A stretch of DNA of 64,000 bases from an uncultured Acidobacteriota bacterium (GTDB lineage Bacteria; Acidobacteriota; UBA6911; RPQK01; JAPXNP01): contig CAVZRV010000008.1 of NCBI GenBank assembly GCA_963777605.1, positions 449,761-513,760 of the forward strand. Reading direction: 5' to 3'. Both the position numbers and the translations under genes were made by a program. The notes below the pieces were generated by a model. The model saw only the letters and a program-made list of their open reading frames with translations. It was not told the DNA's origin and did not search any database. Positions 51,329 through 60,123 of the stretch are shown here, piece by piece. The stretch's first letter is position 1. Each line of letters begins with the position of its first letter.

Positions 51329-52679
51329 TGGCCGATAAAAAAACCACCCCAGCCGGTAAGATACCACCACAAAGTCTCGACGCCGAGATGAGTTTGCTTG
51401 GTGCCGTGCTGATTGATGAAGAAGTCTTAGCCGATATTTCAGATACCGTGCACTCAGACGACTTTTATGACAAGCGTCACGCGCTCATTTTTGCTGCCAT
51501 GATACGGCTGTATGAACGACATCGTCCTGTCGATCTATTGACCTTAACCGAAGAGCTAAAAAAGAAGGATGAATTTTCAACCGTGGGTGGTTCATCGTAC
51601 TTAACTGAGCTGACGAACTACGTACCTACTGCGGCCCATGCCGAAGCATACGCCGAGATTGTTGCCCAAAAAGCCGTGCGCCGGCGGCTGATCAAAGCAA
51701 GTGGCGACATTAGTGAAATGGGCTTCGACGAATACAACGTCCACCCAGGAACTGCTTGAAAAAGCTGAGGCTGAATTATTTAGCGTCAGCGACCAATCGC
51801 TCAAACAAGACCTGGTGAGTATTGAAAGTATTTTGACGGAAAGTTTTGACCGTATTGAAGAACTGCACCGCAACAAAGGGGCCGCTCCGCGGCATCCGCA
51901 CCGGCTACCGCGACCTCGACAATATGACTGCCGGGTTGCAGCGTAGTGACCTGATTATCCTGGCCGCACGACCAGCCATGGGTAAAACGACACTGGTCAC
52001 CAACCTAGCGTACAACGTAGCTACGATTGCAAAACTACCCGTACTATTTTTCAGCCTCGAGATGAGCAAAGAACAGTTAGTCGACCGTATGCTGTCTGAT
52101 GCATCGGGTGTTGATAGCTGGAATATTCGCACCGGGAATTTGAGTGACGACGACTTTAGTAAACTGAGTGATGCCATGGGTGAAATGGCAGAGGCGCCGA
52201 TTTTTATTGATGATACACCTGGTGTAACAGTGCGCGAAATGCGCACCAAAGCCCGCCGCGCCGCGCACGACCAACCACTGGGCTTATCATCGTCGACTAC
52301 CTACAGCTCATGCAGGCGAGTGGACAAATCAGGAAACCGCGTGCAAGAAGTGAGCGAGATTACCCGTGGTTTGAAGCTGATTGCCCGCGAGCTAAACGTG
52401 CCGCTGATTGCCCTCAGTCAGCTCAGTCGTACCGTCGAAAGCCGCACACCGCCAGTACCACAGCTTTCCGACCTACGTGAATCAGGATCGATTGAGCAAG
52501 ATGCCGACATCGTGAGCTTTATTTATCGCCCAGGCTATTACGAGCCGGATAATCCTGAAGTGCAAAACATTACCGACCTAATTATCGCTAAGCACCGTAA
52601 CGGCCCGGTTGGGAAGATCCAATTATACTTCCACCCAGAGCGCCTGCGCTTCATGTCACTCGATAAGCGCCACGAGTAA
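51328..52679 (+). CDS. dnaB: Replicative helicase DnaB with several frameshifts (~51735, ~51880, compensated pair ~52285-52320)
   Basis: PPQSLDAEMSLLG, AARPAMGKT, FSLEMS, LSQLSR, LRESGSIEQDAD, KHRNGP. Confidence 0.93.
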
Positions 52680-52712
52680 CCGACGCTCCGTTTATGCTAT
52701 ACTAATAGCTAT

Positions 52713-54170
52713 ATGCGCACCCGTGTTACCGACTTTTCGTTATATCGCTGGCGATACATTGTCAGTTTAGTAGGACTTGGCCTCATCTTAGTTCTCGCCA
52801 TTTACACGGCGTTGTTTTTTGCGCCCAACGGCCTGCGTGCAGGCGAGTTAGAATCAAGCCTCCAAAGTAGTCAATTATCGATGACAAGCCTCGAGCCAGA
52901 AATGGTCATCAACTTGCCGTACCATATCTTGCAACGTGCTTCGTTCTTAGTATTCGACGTAACACAACTGTCGATTAAACTTCCTTCGGTTATCTTGGGT
53001 GCCGCAACCATCGCTGGGCTCTATATGCTACTTCGCACTTGGACGCGCCGCAACATTGCCGTGCTCGTCAGTATCCTTGCGACACTTTCTGCGCCCTTTA
53101 TGTTTATGCTGCAAGATGGCACCCCAACCATTATGTTTACGGTGGTAAGTGTATGGCTGCTTTTTGCTGCAACCTACGTTACCCGCGAAAAAACCTTTGG
53201 GACGCTGTGGAAGGTGATGACCGGCGTGCTCATGGCAACGGCGCTGTATGTACCGCTCGGTGGTTACATCGTGCTCGCGATTATGACCACCGCATTTTTC
53301 CATCCGCATATTCGGCATGTCATTAAGCGGTTCCCGCGCGTCAAACTTATCCTGGCGATTACACTTGGCATACTCGCCCTCACGCCACTCATTTACGCCT
53401 CAATTGTCGACTATCGTATCGCATTCACGCTTCTCGGTATTCCTACCGGTTCGATTGACATCATCGCTAATGCCACCCGAGTCTCGCTTGACTGGTTTGG
53501 GTTTGGCGCCGCATCAGACGGCCACTATGTTCGCCCAATGTTTATGCTCGCGACATCGATTTTAATGGTGGTTGGTGCATACCGACTGTTTACCCAAAAA
53601 TATACCGCTCGCAGCTACATCGTTATCATTCTCACCATCTTACTTGTGCCCCTTATACTGCTTAATCCTGAACACATCTTCGACAGCTTTGTTATCGGCA
53701 TGCTGCTGGCTGGACTAGGCCTCGCAACATTAGTAGCTTACTGGTATAGGCTCTTCCCCCGAAACCCGTACGCACGTATTACTGGCCTTATACCGCTCAC
53801 CATCTTAGTCGTTGGCCTCGGCATCGCCGGTTTTATCCGCTATACCAACAACTACATGTACAACCCAGAAATCACCGCACGCTACTCATCCGATTTGCGC
53901 CTCCTCCAAGCTCAGCTGGGTGAAACCAAATCGTCATCACCAGTGCGTTTGATTGTTGCAAAAAGCGAACTCCCGTTTTATGACTTGGTGGCGCACTATG
54001 ATGACCGGTTCTACACTACCATCGACCCAAGCCTGAAAGAAGAAGTATCAATTATGACTCACGACGCCTTTCGTATGGATGGGCCCGAACAAACTGCAGC
54101 GCGCATTATTACCGACCGCCAGGCCGAGCACAGCGACCGGTTCTACCTCTACCAAAGAGATGCCAAATAG
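52713..54170 (+). CDS. Multi-TM membrane protein, GT-C (ArnT/PMT)-like
   Basis: NLPYHILQ, SIKLPSVILG; about 11-13 hydrophobic segments. Confidence 0.6.
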   Translation: MRTRVTDFSLYRWRYIVSLVGLGLILVLAIYTALFFAPNGLRAGELESSLQSSQLSMTSLEPEMVINLPYHILQRASFLVFDVTQLSIKLPSVILGAATIAGLYMLLRTWTRRNIAVLVSILATLSAPFMFMLQDGTPTIMFTVVSVWLLFAATYVTREKTFGTLWKVMTGVLMATALYVPLGGYIVLAIMTTAFFHPHIRHVIKRFPRVKLILAITLGILALTPLIYASIVDYRIAFTLLGIPTGSIDIIANATRVSLDWFGFGAASDGHYVRPMFMLATSILMVVGAYRLFTQKYTARSYIVIILTILLVPLILLNPEHIFDSFVIGMLLAGLGLATLVAYWYRLFPRNPYARITGLIPLTILVVGLGIAGFIRYTNNYMYNPEITARYSSDLRLLQAQLGETKSSSPVRLIVAKSELPFYDLVAHYDDRFYTTIDPSLKEEVSIMTHDAFRMDGPEQTAARIITDRQAEHSDRFYLYQRDAK

Positions 54171-54206
54171 CGTATACTAGAACGAGTAAGAAATTTGGAG
54201 GATTAC

Positions 54207-54497
54207 ATGGCTCTTAATCAAATGAAGATGCTAAATGACCTGCGTAAAGCACAAAAAGACCTTGCCCGCGAAATTGTTGAAGTTGAAGCTGGTGATGGTG
54301 CTGTGGTGGTGCAGGTAACTGGTGAGTTGAAAGTTAAAAGTATTAAAATCGACCCTGCGAGCGTTGACACTGACGACATCGAAGAGCTCGAACACTGGCT
54401 CGAAATTGCGATTCGTGATGGTATGGCCAAAGCCCAAGAAATTGCTGCCGAAAAGATGAAGCCCCTGATGGGTGGTCTTGGCAACCTTGGCATGTAA
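54207..54497 (+). CDS. YbaB/EbfC family nucleoid-associated protein
   Basis: EAGDGAVVVQVTG, IKIDP, DIEELE; precedes recR. Confidence 0.9.
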   Translation: MALNQMKMLNDLRKAQKDLAREIVEVEAGDGAVVVQVTGELKVKSIKIDPASVDTDDIEELEHWLEIAIRDGMAKAQEIAAEKMKPLMGGLGNLGM

Positions 54498-54523
54498 CGA
54501 AATAGGAAGATTACGTAACCTCT

Positions 54524-55138
54524 ATGTCACAGCTGCTCCCGAAAGCACTGGTTTCATTAATTGATGAATTAGGCCGCTTACCCGGTGTTGGTGTGCGTAC
54601 CGCCGAACGGTATGCCTACTTTTTGCTGCGTAGCAACGAACGCACTGCGCAATCACTTGCATCGTCGATTACCTCACTACACGAAAAGGTAAAAGTATGC
54701 CCAACCACATTTGCGCTGATTGACGCTGACCTTGACGTTTCACCGCTCTATACTGGCAGCGACCGCGACAAGACAACCATCGCTGTTGTTGAAGAGCCGC
54801 TCGACATTGTGGCACTAGAACGAACCGACCAATACAAAGGCACCTACCATGTGCTTGGCGGCGCGATATCACCAATCGACGGCATTGGCCCCGAACAGCT
54901 ACATATTCCAGAACTACTGGAACGTATTGCTCGCGATAAGGTCACTGAAGTAATTATCGCCACTAATGCGAGTGTGGAAGGTGAGTCAACTGCACTGTTT
55001 ATCCAGCGTCAAATCACCCAGGCAAAGCTGGATGTTAAAGTATCGCGCCTCGCACGCGGAATTCCCGCTGGCATCGATTTGGAATATGCCGATCAAATCA
55101 CGCTCGCTCACGCGCTGGAAGGCCGTCGCATATTATGA
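54524..55138 (+). CDS. recR: Recombination mediator RecR
   Basis: LPGVGVRTAER, VVEEPLD, YHVLGGAISPIDGIGP, VEGESTA, LEYAD. Confidence 0.96.
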   Translation: MSQLLPKALVSLIDELGRLPGVGVRTAERYAYFLLRSNERTAQSLASSITSLHEKVKVCPTTFALIDADLDVSPLYTGSDRDKTTIAVVEEPLDIVALERTDQYKGTYHVLGGAISPIDGIGPEQLHIPELLERIARDKVTEVIIATNASVEGESTALFIQRQITQAKLDVKVSRLARGIPAGIDLEYADQITLAHALEGRRIL

Positions 55139-55722
55139 ACCTCGAGTCCACTACACGCCTTCAAGAAGATATCAATAAACTCACTGGTTTGAAGCGAAAT
55201 CACTTTTTACCAGGCACCGAGCAAAAGGAAGATGATGCATCACATAGCTACAGCGTGGCGATGATTGCATGGAAGCTCCATAACGAACTCGCGCCACAGC
55301 TCAAGCTGGAAATTATCATGCAGTATGCTATGATTCACGACTTTGTGGAAATACACGCGGGGGATGTGAACACATTTGCACCCCAAGAAGCAAAGCTCCA
55401 AAAAGTCATTAACGAGCGCGCCGCACTTGAACAGTTAGCCGCAGAATATGCCCAGTGGCCGCAATTTGTCGATACATTAAGGCGCTATGAAGCAAAAGAA
55501 GACGAAGAGTCACGGTTCGTGTGGAGCTGCGATAAAATCCAGGCGTTACTACAAGGGCAGCTGGATGAGTGGCGCTGCTACTACGAATTTCCGATTTCGG
55601 ATGAAACCTTCGCAGCGAAATTAAAAGAGTTTCAACCAGATATTCACCCTGCTTTAGCAGAATTTTTTGCAACACTAACTGAAGGCTGTATTGATTCGTA
55701 TCATAATCCCCGTATAGATTAG
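55135..55722 (+). CDS. HD-domain hydrolase (5'-deoxynucleotidase-like)
   Basis: EDDASHSY, IHDFVEIHAGD, ESRFVWSCDK. Confidence 0.85.
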   Translation: MNLESTTRLQEDINKLTGLKRNHFLPGTEQKEDDASHSYSVAMIAWKLHNELAPQLKLEIIMQYAMIHDFVEIHAGDVNTFAPQEAKLQKVINERAALEQLAAEYAQWPQFVDTLRRYEAKEDEESRFVWSCDKIQALLQGQLDEWRCYYEFPISDETFAAKLKEFQPDIHPALAEFFATLTEGCIDSYHNPRID

Positions 55723-55818
55723 GGGGTAGTAGGTACATCGCACCCACAACATTCGATTTATTCGAATACTCTGGGTGCGAGCAGGAGTGATGAGTCCATA
55801 CTCGCTGGTGGCACATCG

Positions 55819-56103
55819 TCAGCTTGCGCGGACGATTACCAACCGATTGGGCTTGTGAAGGCGGTCTTGCACGTTCTCGTGCGCGTACTGCACGACCCAC
55901 GTACGGTCCTTGCCGAACGCTGTGCCGGGAAGGCCACAGTCTGTGGCATTCGCCTCGACGATGGCCGCGAAGAACGCATCGTGCTTGGTGGGATCGCGGG
56001 GAAGATCCTCGATGGCGATCTGGTAGTACGCCCACCAGATGACCGACGGACGCTCATCCCCGAGCACCGGGTGCTCATCCCACATGTACCGTTCGATTCT
56101 CAT
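55819..56103 (-). CDS. GC-rich hypothetical protein (cassette class)
   Basis: AGGAG SD, TTGCAA-17-TATAAT (56155-56183), long hairpin 55738-55780. Confidence 0.7.
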   Translation of the reverse strand: MRIERYMWDEHPVLGDERPSVIWWAYYQIAIEDLPRDPTKHDAFFAAIVEANATDCGLPGTAFGKDRTWVVQYAHENVQDRLHKPNRLVIVRAS

Positions 56104-56243
56104 GACGCATCACTCCTGCGTGTCTAGACGGAACTTGCTTCTGTCTCTTTAATCATTATATCATATTTATTCGATAATTGCAATACGCACCGCTTACGGT
56201 TAAGACAGAGGCCAAAAGCAGCAGATATGCTATACTATCACTA

Positions 56244-57242
56244 ATGTTTGACTCAACGATTTCTCTTATTAACGACGCTTCACATATTGTGGTTATTCAG
56301 GGCGAAAACCCCGACGGTGACAGCCTGGGCAGCTCGGTCGCACTCGAAGAATTATTATCGGAACAAGGCAAAAAGGTGACGATGTACTGCGCCATCGATA
56401 TGCCGAAATATCTGCGTTACATTAACGGCTGGGATAGGGTAGAAAAAGATTGGCCGCGAGATGCTGATTTAGCGATTATTGTTGATACCACCGCTGAATC
56501 GTTACTGCTTAAAGCGCTTGCCACGCCCGGTGTGCGTCACTGGCTCGAATCACATCCGGTTATCGCGCTCGATCACCACGGTGAAGCCGAAGATGAACTA
56601 AGCTTTGAACACGAACTAGTCATTGACCCAAAAGCGATTTCGACCGGCCAAGTCATCTACAATCTTGCCAACGAAGCCGGATGGAACATTACACCCTCCG
56701 CTGCTGAAACTATGCTTATTTCGTTGCTAGCAGATAGCCTGGGGCTCACGACCCAAGCCGTTGACGCCGACGCCTACCACGTGGCCGCCGAGCTAGTAAA
56801 GGCTGGCGCGGTACCGGCCGAAATTGAAGAGCGCCGCCGCGACTATATGCGTAAACCGGCAGACATTTTAGCCTACAAAGGTGAACTGATTAAACGAATC
56901 GAATACTCACTTGATGGCACGCTCGCAACCGTTCACATTCCCTGGGAGGACATTAAAGAATATAGCGATCGCTACAACCCAAGCGTGCTGGTACTGGATG
57001 AGATGCGTTTGGTTGAAGGTGTGCGCGTCGCCTGTGCGATTAAAACCTACCCAGACGGTAAGGCAACCGGCAAATTGCGCGCCAACGTGCCCGTCTGTGG
57101 TGCCATCGCTGGCTATTTCGGCGGCGGCGGACATGGCTATTCGGCCGGCTTTAAAGTCTACGAAGATTACGATACCGTGATGCGTGAACTTGTAGACGCA
57201 ACCCATAAAGCCCTGGAGGAATTCGATGCTCAAGCTTCATAA
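56244..57242 (+). CDS. DHH family phosphoesterase (NrnA-like)
   Basis: NPDGDSLGS, IVD, LDHH, GGGGH. Confidence 0.9.
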   Translation: MFDSTISLINDASHIVVIQGENPDGDSLGSSVALEELLSEQGKKVTMYCAIDMPKYLRYINGWDRVEKDWPRDADLAIIVDTTAESLLLKALATPGVRHWLESHPVIALDHHGEAEDELSFEHELVIDPKAISTGQVIYNLANEAGWNITPSAAETMLISLLADSLGLTTQAVDADAYHVAAELVKAGAVPAEIEERRRDYMRKPADILAYKGELIKRIEYSLDGTLATVHIPWEDIKEYSDRYNPSVLVLDEMRLVEGVRVACAIKTYPDGKATGKLRANVPVCGAIAGYFGGGGHGYSAGFKVYEDYDTVMRELVDATHKALEEFDAQAS

Positions 57243-58689
57243 TACGCTCACCCATAAGACCGAAGCATTTACACCTATTGTCAGTGATAGTGTGAGCCTC
57301 TATACCTGTGGTCCTACGGTGTATGATCGACCACACGTGGGTAACTGGGCATCATTTATTTACTGGGATATTTTAGTGCGCGTATTGATTGCCAGCGGTT
57401 ATGACGTGAACCGTGTCATGAATATTACCGATGTGGGGCACTTAGTCAGCGACGCCGATGATGGGCAAGATAAGCTTGAAAAAGGCGCCGCACGCGAAGG
57501 CAAAACTGCATGGGAAGTCGCCGACTATTATACAAAAGACTTTATTAAAGGCATGGAAGCACTCGGTATGATTGCGCCAGAGCACATGGTGCGGGCTACC
57601 GACTTTATTACCCAGCAGCTGGATTTAGTGCGTACGCTAAAAGAAAAAGGCTACACCTACCAAACCCGTGATGGCATCTATTTTGACACGAGTAAATTCC
57701 CGACCTATGCCGACTTTGCGGGGCTTGATCTGGAAGCTCAAAAGGCTGGTGCCCGGGTGGAACAAAACCCTGAAAAGCGCGCGCCATGGGACTTTGCATT
57801 GTGGAAGTTTACGCCCGATGGGCAAACGCGGGATATGCAGTGGGAAACGCCAAGCGACTTAGTAGAACTACCGAGCGAAACACCGCTCATGGGATTCCCA
57901 GGCTGGCACCTAGAGTGTAGTGCCATGGCGATGAGTATATTGGGTGCAACCATTGATATTCATACTGGCGGAATTGATCACATACCCGTGCACCATACGA
58001 ACGAAATCGCCCAAAGTGAAGCAGCCAGTGGCCAGCAGTTTTCGCGTGTATGGCTGCATAATAATCACATCAAAATCGACGGAACAAAAGTGAGTAAATC
58101 GCTTGGCAACACCTACACCTTGCAGGATATCGAAGAAAAAGGGTATAGCCCGATGGATTTGCGTATGGCGATTGTGCAAAGTCATTACCGCAGCGAAGGA
58201 ACATTCACGTTCGAAAACCTCGCAGCTGCGCACAATCGGCTTGCCAACTGGCGTAATTACGCCGTACTCCGCCACCAAACGCACGATCGGTTGAACGATG
58301 ATGATGAAAAGGCGAGTAAAGATACATTTACAGCCGCGACGGCGCGGCTGGTTGATGCCCTGCAAAATGACCTAGATACACCAGAAGCAATGCGGATTAT
58401 TGATGAAACGTTTTCGACACTCGACAACAAAAAGCTCGAGAGTATCTACCACCATGGGCTTGTATCGTTCCTTGAAACAATTGATGAACTACTGGGCGTA
58501 CAGCTACTCACCTCGACACCCGACCTTGATGATGACATGAAGCAGTTAATCATTACCCGTGAACGCGCACGTGATGAAAAAGATTGGGAAGCGTCTGATA
58601 AGCTGCGCGATACATTAGCAAAGCATGGGGTTATGGTGAGTGACCGCGCTGGTGGCAGCGCGTGGATGTATAGCGACAAGCGAGGTTAA
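57226..58689 (+). CDS. cysS: Cysteine--tRNA ligase
   Basis: CGPTVY..HVGN, NITDV, PGWHLECS, HHTNEIAQS, KVSKS. Confidence 0.97.
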   Translation: MLKLHNTLTHKTEAFTPIVSDSVSLYTCGPTVYDRPHVGNWASFIYWDILVRVLIASGYDVNRVMNITDVGHLVSDADDGQDKLEKGAAREGKTAWEVADYYTKDFIKGMEALGMIAPEHMVRATDFITQQLDLVRTLKEKGYTYQTRDGIYFDTSKFPTYADFAGLDLEAQKAGARVEQNPEKRAPWDFALWKFTPDGQTRDMQWETPSDLVELPSETPLMGFPGWHLECSAMAMSILGATIDIHTGGIDHIPVHHTNEIAQSEAASGQQFSRVWLHNNHIKIDGTKVSKSLGNTYTLQDIEEKGYSPMDLRMAIVQSHYRSEGTFTFENLAAAHNRLANWRNYAVLRHQTHDRLNDDDEKASKDTFTAATARLVDALQNDLDTPEAMRIIDETFSTLDNKKLESIYHHGLVSFLETIDELLGVQLLTSTPDLDDDMKQLIITRERARDEKDWEASDKLRDTLAKHGVMVSDRAGGSAWMYSDKRG

Positions 58690-59822
58690 GCTTCTTCGCC
58701 TGTTAGTTTTTTCGCAAGTTTTGCCAGTGGTTTTGCGTCGTCGTCATGCTCTTTCTTACGGCGCTGCAAATAATCTTCAACTAATACCTTTACGCACCCA
58801 GCGATTGGGATAGAAATAATACCACCGAGTACGCCAAACACATACAAGCCAATTGTGACTGCGATTAGCACAGCAAGCGGAGAAAGCTCGATGCGTTTCG
58901 CCTGAATGGTTGGTGAAATAAAGTTGTTTTCGATTTGCTGGTACACCACAAAGTAGATTGCGAAAATAATTGCTGCCGGCAAACTGTTCAGAAGCAGAAG
59001 CAGCGTAATAATAGCACCCGCAATGGTTGCGCCGAACATTGGAATGAGTGATAGGGTAAACGCGATTGCAACAACTGGCAACGCAAGGTTAGATGGTATT
59101 TCTGGGAAGAAGAGACTTAAAATAAATACCGTTAGCCCAGCTGCAAGACCGTCAATACCAGAAACCGTCAGCTGGCCGTTCACATAACCCGACACTACAG
59201 TGTACATTTTATGTGCCAGCGCATGGTGGTGCTCGCGGCGCTTATCGTCACGATACACACCCCAAATTCGATTAAGCCACATCGGACCTTCAATCAGCAT
59301 CAAGAATGTGAGGACCAGCACAAGGATTGTCCCGGCGCTAAACGAGAGTATTGAGCTAACACTAACGAGTACGTTCTTTCCAAAGTCAGCAGCAAACTGC
59401 AACGAGCCATCTTTAGCCGATTCAACGGCCTGATCGATTTGCGGCTGCAAGTGATATTTATCGACAACGTTACCAAATGCCGCCCACTGCGTACTCATAC
59501 TTTGCACAAGTGACGGAACAGAATCAACAAACTTCAAGGATTGCTGGATAATTGGTGGCAGAACTAAGAAGATAACCGATGCGAGAACGCCAATTACCAC
59601 CAAAAAAGCAATCGCGGTGCTAAGCACACGGCTGCGATCAGGAAGCCAGCGGGTTAAGCGCGTAACGGGTGCGTTGAGCGCAAGTGCCAGAAAGAGTGAT
59701 ATGCCGATAATAATCAGGGCGCTGCGTGCACTATAGACGGCAACGAAGGCAAGCGCGAAGCCAATCATTACAAGCCAAAAACGTACAAACGTTTTTGTGT
59801 CAATTTCAATCCGTACTTTCAT
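58686..59822 (-). CDS. AI-2E family transporter
   Basis: GYVNGQL, LIPMFGA, QQIENNFISP, multi-TM. Confidence 0.9.
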   Translation of the reverse strand: MKVRIEIDTKTFVRFWLVMIGFALAFVAVYSARSALIIIGISLFLALALNAPVTRLTRWLPDRSRVLSTAIAFLVVIGVLASVIFLVLPPIIQQSLKFVDSVPSLVQSMSTQWAAFGNVVDKYHLQPQIDQAVESAKDGSLQFAADFGKNVLVSVSSILSFSAGTILVLVLTFLMLIEGPMWLNRIWGVYRDDKRREHHHALAHKMYTVVSGYVNGQLTVSGIDGLAAGLTVFILSLFFPEIPSNLALPVVAIAFTLSLIPMFGATIAGAIITLLLLLNSLPAAIIFAIYFVVYQQIENNFISPTIQAKRIELSPLAVLIAVTIGLYVFGVLGGIISIPIAGCVKVLVEDYLQRRKKEHDDDAKPLAKLAKKLTGEEA

Positions 59823-59862
59823 AGCCTTAATTATACCTTACTTTAGTGCGGTAGAGGATTTT

Positions 59863-60051
59863 TTATTTCCAACCAAGCACAGCAATGAGTGCTAAGAGCA
59901 CCAGCAAGGTACCAGCAAGTGCCGATACGGCTACTGTCATACGGTTTGGATAATAATCTACCGTTACTGCAGTTTTTTGTGCAGCAGACTTACGCGTACG
60001 CTTTACCGTTTTCTTAGGTGTGGATTTCGATGTGGTTTTTTTCGTTGCCAT
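59863..60051 (-). CDS. Small protein: basic N-terminus plus single TM
   Basis: MATKKTTSK...ALAGTLLVLLALIAVLGWK; TACACT 9 nt upstream. Confidence 0.65.
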   Translation of the reverse strand: MATKKTTSKSTPKKTVKRTRKSAAQKTAVTVDYYPNRMTVAVSALAGTLLVLLALIAVLGWK

Positions 60052-60123
60052 ATAGGCACTAGTGTACGCTTTTCATGCGTATCTGTCTATACTGCTTACG
60101 CTCTATTTGGTACAATATCTCTA

